Assembly (NCBI GenBank): GCA_003162695.1
Contig: PMML01000029.1
Span: 9,613 to 72,586 of the forward strand
Length of the DNA: 62,974 bases
Direction of reading: 5' to 3'
Source: Ignavibacteriota bacterium
Lineage (GTDB): Bacteria; Bacteroidota; Ignavibacteria; UBA10030
In this document: positions 56,345 to 62,974 of the stretch, piece after piece
Numbering within the stretch: the stretch's first letter is position 1
How the letters are laid out: every line of letters starts with the position of its first letter
Notes under the pieces: generated by a model
Told to the model about the DNA's origin: nothing
Seen by the model: only the letters and a program-made list of their open reading frames with translations
The model's database searches: none
Made by a program: the position numbers and the translations under genes

Positions 56345-56839
56345 ATGTTCACAAAATCTTTGCAGGAAGCAATCAACGAGCAAATCAACAAGGAGCTATA
56401 TTCAGCCTATCTTTATCTCTCCATGGCGGCCTACTTTGAGGGACAGAATTTCGGAGGTTTTTCAAATTGGATGAAAATCCAATACCAGGAAGAGACGGGG
56501 CATGCCATGAAATTTTTTGCCTATCTTCACGACCGCGGCAGCACGGTCACTTTGAAAGCAATAGCACAGCCGCCTGTAAAATTTAAGGCTCCGCTTGAAA
56601 TCTTTAAACAAGTCCTCGAACATGAAAAAGAAGTAACCGATTCGATCAACAAACTGTACGAACTGGCGTTGAAAGAAAAAGATTATCCGACTCAATCGAC
56701 CCTGCAATGGTTTATCAACGAGCAGGTTGAGGAGGAAAAAAATGCAACGAGCATAATCCAGACCCTGGAAATGGCCGAAAATTCTCCGGTCAGCATTATG
56801 ATGGTCGACCGTCAGCTTTCGGCACGCAAGGCCGGCTGA
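56345..56839 (+). CDS. ftnA: Ferritin
   Basis: QINKELYSAYLYLSM, EETGHA and WFINEQVEEE ferroxidase motifs; AAGGAGG RBS. Confidence 0.95.
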   Translation: MFTKSLQEAINEQINKELYSAYLYLSMAAYFEGQNFGGFSNWMKIQYQEETGHAMKFFAYLHDRGSTVTLKAIAQPPVKFKAPLEIFKQVLEHEKEVTDSINKLYELALKEKDYPTQSTLQWFINEQVEEEKNATSIIQTLEMAENSPVSIMMVDRQLSARKAG

Positions 56840-56860
56840 TAACCGCTGCGAACTATAAAG

Positions 56861-56911
56861 AAAGCCGCACTTCAAGTTCATGAAATCATGAATCGAAGCA
56901 GCGGTTTTTTT
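56861..56911. terminator. Long hairpin terminator after ferritin, probably bidirectional
   Basis: AAAGCCGC...TTCATGA-AA-TCATGAA...GCGGTTTTTTT. Confidence 0.7.
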
Positions 56912-56965
56912 ATTCTTATTCCCTGTCCAAAGTGAAATGGAGAAATATCCGGAAATGCCGCCGGC

Positions 56966-57442
56966 TTATTTCAGCTTTGCCTTCAAAGCTTTGCGAACGG
57001 AAGGCGGGACAAAAGCATCGACATTGCCGCCGAGCCGTGAAATTTCACGAACGAAGTTAGAACTGAGATACGTATATTTTTCATTCGGCATAAGAAATAT
57101 CGTCTCTACTTTTTCATTCAGCTTTCTATTCATCAGCGCCATCTGAAGTTCGTATTCAAAATCGGTCACCGCGCGCAAGCCGCGGACGATTGCAATCGCT
57201 CCGCGTTTCCGTACATAATCGACCAGCAATCCGTGGAATACGTCGACTTCGACATTCTTGAATTTCCTTGTCGCTTGACGCAGCAGCGCGACTCGTTCTT
57301 CTTCCGTAAAGAGCGGATTTTTGGTGGAATTATTTGCCACAGTGATAATGACCGCATCGAAGAGCGATAATGCACGTTCCAGAATATCGATGTGCCCGTT
57401 GGTAATAGGATCGAACGAGCCGGGATAGATTGCTGTTTTCAT
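56966..57442 (-). CDS. coaD: Phosphopantetheine adenylyltransferase
   Basis: YPGSFDPITNGH, RGLRAVTDFEYE and SSNFVRE motifs. Confidence 0.97.
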   Translation of the reverse strand: MKTAIYPGSFDPITNGHIDILERALSLFDAVIITVANNSTKNPLFTEEERVALLRQATRKFKNVEVDVFHGLLVDYVRKRGAIAIVRGLRAVTDFEYELQMALMNRKLNEKVETIFLMPNEKYTYLSSNFVREISRLGGNVDAFVPPSVRKALKAKLK

Positions 57443-58014
57443 GGCATTTCTCCATTTGCAGCAAGCGGTACTTTCGCCTGCAAAATTAAAACTGTGGTCT
57501 GTCCGAACGGTTTTTTTAAAATATCGTACTTTGTCTCATCAAGGTCAATCACCGATTCCTTGCTGTGTTCCATAAAGACGTATGTCCCGTTTCGGAGCAC
57601 GCCCGATTGAAAAATGGCATTCGGAATATCGCCGATCGATTCCAGCTTATACGGCGGGTCTGCAAAGACAAGATCGTACAGGCGATGCGCATTTTTGAGA
57701 TACCAGAAAACATCGGCCTGATACAGGGTGCAGCGGTCGCTGCATCCCAGAGTATCGGCATTTTTTTTCAGCACCGCCATTGATTTGGGGGACTTTTCTA
57801 TAAAAGTAACCGACTCGGCACCGCGGCTTATAGCTTCCAATCCGAGGCTCCCGCTTCCGGAAAAAAGATCGAGAACCTTGATGCCGTTCAAATCGATGCG
57901 GTTGGACAATATATCGAAGACTGTTTGCTTCACGCGGTCGGTCGTGGGACGTAGAGAGAGATCCGGCACCGTGATCAGTGTCCGTCCGCGATAGGTTCCG
58001 GCAATAATTCTCAT
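57439..58014 (-). CDS. rsmD: 16S rRNA m2G966 methyltransferase
   Basis: MRIIAG, RPTTDRVK, LDLFSGSGSLGLEAISRG and FADPPY motifs. Confidence 0.95.
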   Translation of the reverse strand: MRIIAGTYRGRTLITVPDLSLRPTTDRVKQTVFDILSNRIDLNGIKVLDLFSGSGSLGLEAISRGAESVTFIEKSPKSMAVLKKNADTLGCSDRCTLYQADVFWYLKNAHRLYDLVFADPPYKLESIGDIPNAIFQSGVLRNGTYVFMEHSKESVIDLDETKYDILKKPFGQTTVLILQAKVPLAANGEMP

Positions 58015-58928
58015 GCCGTTCGCAAAGCCAATCCGATCACCGACGCAAATTGACAGTTCTTTTTCCCGAACGTATTTTGCAGGTTCGCGCTCGATTTCAG
58101 ATTGCGAAGAGCGTTCAATGCCAGCGTCTGCCCGATGCCGGTTTCCTTGCGCAGGGACAGCACGAGATTTTTAGTAACATCTGTCCCGTGCAGCAGCAGA
58201 GCTGCCGGAACGCTGTTCTCTCTCTGCTTGAGATAGCGCAGATATTCTTTGATATATTTTGCCGGATCCGCATCGCTGTCGTACTGAAACGAACGGTAGT
58301 CGGACATTTCTCCATTGTGAATGACGCTCGCATCGAGCGAATGTTCGCGCAGGCCGATGAAAGCGATATCGTGCTCCAGAATCTCCGGATAGTTAATCAG
58401 CAGGGTTTTTTCCGCACTGAAATGATCGATATCGATAATATTCAATTTCAATTTTGCCCCGCGGCAGACGTTTTGAAGAAAAACAGCCAGCGACCGGTGG
58501 ACGGCAACCATAAATGCCTGCTGTGAAGGACCGTGAAGCGAAGGCAGCCGGTGGGAATCGATGACATAATCCTTGCTGTTTGCATCGGGAAGATACTGCT
58601 CCGTTTCCCAGCGCAAATATTTTTTTAATTCCGCATCATCGAGAGAAGTATCGACTGGAATAATATTGATAAAAACAGACGATGGAGGAAGTGCGAACGA
58701 AACGTTTTCCGCCGAAATTTTATTTCTTCGGAGTACATTCCGGATTTCTCCCGCCAGCGCCGCTGCCTCTGAAGAACTTGCTTGGAGGGCAGCAGCAGAA
58801 TGCAGAAAATCGATTTTCGTTTCCGATTCCAGAAGCTGTGTCACGATAACTTTTCGACCATGTTCGATTTCCGCGAACTGCATCCTGCCGTGGAGAAACG
58901 ATATTCCGATATAACGGATAGTTTTCAC
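58011..58928 (-). CDS. PilM-like (actin-fold) protein
   Basis: NVSFALP, LRWETEQYLP, YVIDS, and KLNIIDID...L resemble type IV pilus PilM; divergent. Confidence 0.55.
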   Translation of the reverse strand: MKTIRYIGISFLHGRMQFAEIEHGRKVIVTQLLESETKIDFLHSAAALQASSSEAAALAGEIRNVLRRNKISAENVSFALPPSSVFINIIPVDTSLDDAELKKYLRWETEQYLPDANSKDYVIDSHRLPSLHGPSQQAFMVAVHRSLAVFLQNVCRGAKLKLNIIDIDHFSAEKTLLINYPEILEHDIAFIGLREHSLDASVIHNGEMSDYRSFQYDSDADPAKYIKEYLRYLKQRENSVPAALLLHGTDVTKNLVLSLRKETGIGQTLALNALRNLKSSANLQNTFGKKNCQFASVIGLALRTA

Positions 58929-58941
58929 TTGCGCGCCTGCC

Positions 58942-59376
58942 TTAATGAGTTGAGATGAGTGCTCTAATTTTTTCCAATCGTTTCGGAGTTATGCCTTTTA
59001 TCTCTAACAGCTCGTCGATCGAAGTAAACCTGCCCTCCGTTGCACGGTGTTCAAGAATCCGCCCGGCAAGTATTTCGCCTATTCCCGGCAAATCGATCAA
59101 TTGCTCTTTCGTCGCCGTATTAATATCGAGTTTTTTCCGATAATCCGCTCTTCCAGCCTTGCTCGTGTCATCGATTTTCTCTGTTGTCGCATCGGTCTGT
59201 TCGTTCGCAGCCGCAAACGTGCTGTCCTGTGCCCGATACTCGAATCGCGGCGCCGATGGAATAATCTTGTAATAGAACCGTATGCCCATACCGCACAACA
59301 GCGTGACGCCAAGAAAGAGAATAACTTTTCTTTCCGTTTTTGTTAAAACAAGCCAGTCTGCTATGCGTTTCAGCAT
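58942..59376 (-). CDS. ComEA-like helix-hairpin-helix DNA-binding protein
   Basis: N-terminal TM segment; DINTATKEQLIDLPGIG...RILEHR...GRFTSIDELLEIKGI. Confidence 0.9.
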   Translation of the reverse strand: MLKRIADWLVLTKTERKVILFLGVTLLCGMGIRFYYKIIPSAPRFEYRAQDSTFAAANEQTDATTEKIDDTSKAGRADYRKKLDINTATKEQLIDLPGIGEILAGRILEHRATEGRFTSIDELLEIKGITPKRLEKIRALISTH

Positions 59377-59381
59377 ACGCG

Positions 59382-60560
59382 TTAGGAAAAGACATCCTTG
59401 ACCTTGCCGAAGAACGAACGGTCGCTGCTGCGCCGCTCTTCTTCCGTGGGGGAAATATGTTCTCCCTTTGCAAGTTCTCTCAATAATTCCTTTTCTTTTG
59501 AATTCAATTTCGATGGAACCCAGATATTTACCCGGACAAGTTGGTCGCCGCGTCCGTACTTGTTCAAGTGCGGAATGCCCCGCTCTTTCATGCGCAGCAT
59601 TCTTCCCGCAGGTGTGCCGGAATCGATCACGAGCTTCGCTTTCCCGGACAATGTCGGAATTTCCACTTCGCCTCCGACAACCGCCGTTGGAAAACTGATC
59701 CAGAGATCGAAAATAATATCGTCGCCGTTGCGTTTAAAAGACTCATGCGGTTCCTCTTCGATCACGACGATCAAATCTCCCGCAGGGCCGTTCCGCCGGC
59801 CCGCATTGCCTTGACCGCGAAGCGGGATATAATTCCCTTCCTGCACACCGGCAGGAACCGTCACTTTAATGGTCGACTCGCCATGAACGCGCCCTTCGCC
59901 GTCGCAGGCGGAACACGGGTCCTTGATAATTGTTCCTTCCCCGCCGCAATTGAGACATGCCGTAATGTTGACAAACTGACCGAACATCGAACGCGAGACC
60001 TGCCGCAATTCGCCGGTCCCGCCGCATTGCGGGCAGGACGATTTTCCTCCGGAAGATTTCGCTCCTGAACCGCTGCATACATCGCATTTTTTTTGCCGCT
60101 TGATCTTTATTTTTTTTTCAGTCCCTTCGGCAATTTCTTCCATCGTCAATTTGAGACGCACGCGTAAATCCGAACCGGGCTGTCCTTGAGACGCACCGGA
60201 TGACCGTCTTCTTCCGCGCTGGGGGGAACCGAACATTTCTTCGAAAATCGATCCCCCGCCGAATCCGCCGGAAAAAATATCGTTGAACGCGCTGAAGATA
60301 TCGTTCGTATTCGTGAAATCGTGATAGTTCGTTCCGCGCAGCCCGTCGTGACCGAACTGGTCGTACCGCTGCCGTTTTTCCTGATCACTGAGCACTTCGT
60401 ATGCTTCAGCCGCTTCTTTGAATTTTTCTTCGGCTTCTTTGTTTCCCTGGTTGCGGTCAGGGTGATACTTCATCGCCATCTGCCGGTACGCTTTTTTAAT
60501 TTCATCCTGCGATGAGGCGCGCTGAATACCCAAAACTTCATAAAAATCCTTCTTCATCAT
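59382..60560 (-). CDS. dnaJ: Chaperone DnaJ
   Basis: J-domain HPD, G/F-rich region and four CxxCxGxG-type repeats. Confidence 0.98.
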   Translation of the reverse strand: MMKKDFYEVLGIQRASSQDEIKKAYRQMAMKYHPDRNQGNKEAEEKFKEAAEAYEVLSDQEKRQRYDQFGHDGLRGTNYHDFTNTNDIFSAFNDIFSGGFGGGSIFEEMFGSPQRGRRRSSGASQGQPGSDLRVRLKLTMEEIAEGTEKKIKIKRQKKCDVCSGSGAKSSGGKSSCPQCGGTGELRQVSRSMFGQFVNITACLNCGGEGTIIKDPCSACDGEGRVHGESTIKVTVPAGVQEGNYIPLRGQGNAGRRNGPAGDLIVVIEEEPHESFKRNGDDIIFDLWISFPTAVVGGEVEIPTLSGKAKLVIDSGTPAGRMLRMKERGIPHLNKYGRGDQLVRVNIWVPSKLNSKEKELLRELAKGEHISPTEEERRSSDRSFFGKVKDVFS

Positions 60561-61183
60561 ATCTCTTCATCCTCCGGCGTTTCAGCCGGCTCTTCAGCGG
60601 AAGCCGACGAAACAACTACCTTTGCATGCCTGAGAACTTTATCATTCAGCATATATCCTTTTTCAACTTCCTGGATAACCGTGTGCGGCGAAATATTCGT
60701 ACGATGGACCTGCATCAAGGCATCATGAAAATCGACGTTAAACTCTTTTCCCTCCGTTGGGAATGATTTGACTCCGCGTCCTTCCAGCAATTTGGAAAAC
60801 TTTTGATAAATCATTTCGATGCCCTTCAAGAGTGCATCGTATTCGGTATTTTCCCTGCCATGCTTCAGCGAACGCTCGAAGTCATCCATGATAGGGAGCA
60901 ATTCTTCCAGAAGTTCCCCGTTGGCGTATTTGAACACGGAAGCGGTTTCATTTTCCGTGCGGCGTTTGTAGTTCTCAAATTCCGCCGCCTTGCGCAGCAA
61001 TAAATCTTTATAGTATTCTATCTGTTTCTTTGCATCCTCAAGCTCCGGAGCCGATTCCTTCAATCCCGGGGCCGCTTCGTTTTCTTTTTGTTTCTCTGCA
61101 TTCTGTTTATTTTCTGCGTTGCTGTCAATCATGGTTTTCCTAACAAGATCTTCTTTTTTAAAATTCAACGGAAAGACTTTCAT
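60557..61183 (-). CDS. grpE: Nucleotide exchange factor GrpE
   Basis: [30 protein letters not shown] and [16 protein letters not shown] motifs. Confidence 0.96.
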   Translation of the reverse strand: MKVFPLNFKKEDLVRKTMIDSNAENKQNAEKQKENEAAPGLKESAPELEDAKKQIEYYKDLLLRKAAEFENYKRRTENETASVFKYANGELLEELLPIMDDFERSLKHGRENTEYDALLKGIEMIYQKFSKLLEGRGVKSFPTEGKEFNVDFHDALMQVHRTNISPHTVIQEVEKGYMLNDKVLRHAKVVVSSASAEEPAETPEDEEI

Positions 61184-62235
61184 GAAACACTCAGCATTCG
61201 TGCAATTGCCTGCGCGACATAATCAACCAGCGGAATCACTTTCGAATAATTCATTCGTGTCGGTCCGATGATTCCCACCCTTCCTGTCACGCCGCCCGCA
61301 TCGTACGTTGCGGTTACGAAACTGTAATCCTTTGCCGAATGTTCATTGTTTTCCGATCCGATCGTTACAACATAGCCTTCCTGCCGCTCATCGTGTTTTT
61401 CCAGCAAATGGACGATGATGTCTTCGTTCTCGATCAGTTCGATGACACTGCGAAAATTTTTAGGATCGTCGAATTCCGGCTGTTCGATAATATTTTTTGT
61501 TCCTCCGATATGAATCCTGTCTTTTTCCTTCGTATCGGTAAACAACTGATCCACAGAGTCGATAAAGAGCCGAACAAGACCGGTCGTTTCGTCTTTCATA
61601 TCGCGGACACGGTCTGCAAACGTATCGCGAATTTCTTTTAATGTCAACCCGGATAAGCGTTCGTTTATCAGCCGTCCGATCCGGTCGAGCAATTCGCGCC
61701 GCACCTCCCCGCCGACTTCCATCATAACGGTTCTCACGAGACCGGTTCGGATGGATATGATCACGAGCAATTTTGAACTTGTAATCGGGACCAATTCGAT
61801 TTTTTCAAAGATGCCGCTGTTCAAATGCGGAGCTGTAACGATGCTCAGCTGCCGGGATATTTGACCCAGCAGCTTCGAGGTTTCCTTGAGCATTTCTTCG
61901 GCATCGTTCGTCTGATCCAGATATACCTGAATCCGCAGTTTCTCTTCTTCCGAAAGCTGTTCGACTTCCATCAAATAATTGATGTAAAAACGATACCCAA
62001 AGTCGGTCGGTATCCGCCCGGCCGATGTATGCGGATGGGAAAGAAATCCGAGAGCTTCCAGATCCGCCATGACATTGCGGATCGATGCCGCGCTTAATCC
62101 GGATTCGATATGCTTAGAGATATAGCGCGAACCCACGGGAACAGCGGTCCGGATATAATCATGAACGACATGCCGCAAAATACTCTGCTCGCGTTCGTTC
62201 AATTCCTCTGATATGCGTTCGTTTTCAACTATCAT
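61180..62235 (-). CDS. hrcA: Heat-inducible transcription repressor HrcA
   Basis: PVGSR, SAASIRNVMADLE, PHTSAGRIPT and GIIGPTRMNY motifs; start trimmed to the ATG at 62235. Confidence 0.95.
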   Translation of the reverse strand: MIVENERISEELNEREQSILRHVVHDYIRTAVPVGSRYISKHIESGLSAASIRNVMADLEALGFLSHPHTSAGRIPTDFGYRFYINYLMEVEQLSEEEKLRIQVYLDQTNDAEEMLKETSKLLGQISRQLSIVTAPHLNSGIFEKIELVPITSSKLLVIISIRTGLVRTVMMEVGGEVRRELLDRIGRLINERLSGLTLKEIRDTFADRVRDMKDETTGLVRLFIDSVDQLFTDTKEKDRIHIGGTKNIIEQPEFDDPKNFRSVIELIENEDIIVHLLEKHDERQEGYVVTIGSENNEHSAKDYSFVTATYDAGGVTGRVGIIGPTRMNYSKVIPLVDYVAQAIARMLSVS

Positions 62236-62254
62236 ATTTTGCAAAATCTTAATA

Positions 62255-62283
62255 AAATTAACCATAAATCGCTGGTTTGTCAA
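62255..62283 (-). promoter_or_regulatory. Sigma70-like promoter of the hrcA operon
   Basis: Minus strand TTGACA-N17-TAATTT. Confidence 0.6.
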
Positions 62284-62531
62284 GGTAACGGCATGCGCCG
62301 GGAGAACCGTTTCCTGTTCTTGCTTTCTTTTCAGCGTTGCACGGCAGAAAACAAGGAGCGGGACAGAATGGATATTTATGCAGCGACAGCATTTGAGATC
62401 ACCAATTTTTCCACGAGAGGCTGGATTTTGAACCATTCATTGATTTAATTAGAGAGAGTATTGATATTTCTTCTGCGGTTATACTAACCGAAAAAATCAT
62501 TTTTTTAATAACAAAGAAAGGATCAAAAGAC

Positions 62532-62974
62532 ATGCGTTTGGGCATATTAACGGGCGGCGGGGATGTTCCCGGACTCAATTCGTGCATTAAAGCGGCAGCG
62601 ACACGCATTACTGAAGAAGGACATGAGATGTTCGGTCTGCGCCGGGGTTGGGCTGGATTGCTTCATTACAATCCGGACGATCCTGCCACTCATGACGATC
62701 TTATTATAAGTTTGGATAAGAATGTTGTTCGCACCATCGATCGTACGGGCGGTACGTTTCTCCATACTTCACGGACAAATCCGGGCAAAGTAAAACCGAA
62801 AGACATGCCGGAATTCCTGAAAGGTAAGTTTGAACATCCCAACGGAACCGAACCGGCAGATTGCACTGCACATGCTCTTCGTGTGCTGGAGCATTTAAAA
62901 TTGGACGGCCTTATCGCTATCGGCGGCGATGATACACTGAGTTACGCAGTACGGCTCCATAAAGAAGGCTTTCC
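62532..62974 (+). CDS. pfkA: 6-phosphofructokinase (PfkA family, group III-like); 3' end runs off the window
   Basis: Not in the ORF track. [20 protein letters not shown]...GGTFLHTSR...IAIGGDDTL. Confidence 0.92.
   Translation, partial: MRLGILTGGGDVPGLNSCIKAAATRITEEGHEMFGLRRGWAGLLHYNPDDPATHDDLIISLDKNVVRTIDRTGGTFLHTSRTNPGKVKPKDMPEFLKGKFEHPNGTEPADCTAHALRVLEHLKLDGLIAIGGDDTLSYAVRLHKEGF

Noticed and set aside
62438-62464. Possible CIRCE half-site GAGTATTGA upstream of hrcA
   Set aside because: There is no matching TTAGCACTC arm at N9 spacing.

Overview
Gene-dense bacterial chromosomal window, most likely Ignavibacteria/Chlorobi-type FCB group. This is inferred from T9SS-type C-terminal sorting domains, a DUF2723 protein, and the fabF-rnc and hrcA-grpE-dnaJ gene orders. 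Most of it is housekeeping: the yceD-rpmF-plsX-fabH-fabD-fabG-acpP-fabF-rnc-gcvP operon, ribH, a Crp regulator, ptsI/ptsH, fni with a polyprenyl synthase, metK-ahcY, parAB, lepA-lepB-lepB-hemW, ispE, kdsA/C/D-lptCAB, aroF-tyrA, ferritin, coaD/rsmD, the heat-shock genes and pfkA. An accessory block at about 40.4-48.2 kb lies between ispE and kdsA. Its most striking content is a second acyl-carrier-protein homologue with a Sec-type signal peptide and an Ala in place of the phosphopantetheine Ser (DSL->DAL). It sits next to a secreted NAAA/acid-ceramidase/C45-like Ntn-hydrolase with TPR-like repeats, a candidate exported acyl/lipid-handling module. Non-coding features include a 190-bp MITE-like element, dispersed heptamer repeat arrays, a structured cloverleaf-like element, a Fur/PerR-like palindrome and a recurrent TTG-N3-N17-TAT(A/C)TT promoter pattern. 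No tRNA, rRNA, CRISPR array or integrase was recognised. All calls come from motif recognition by eye; no database searches were run.
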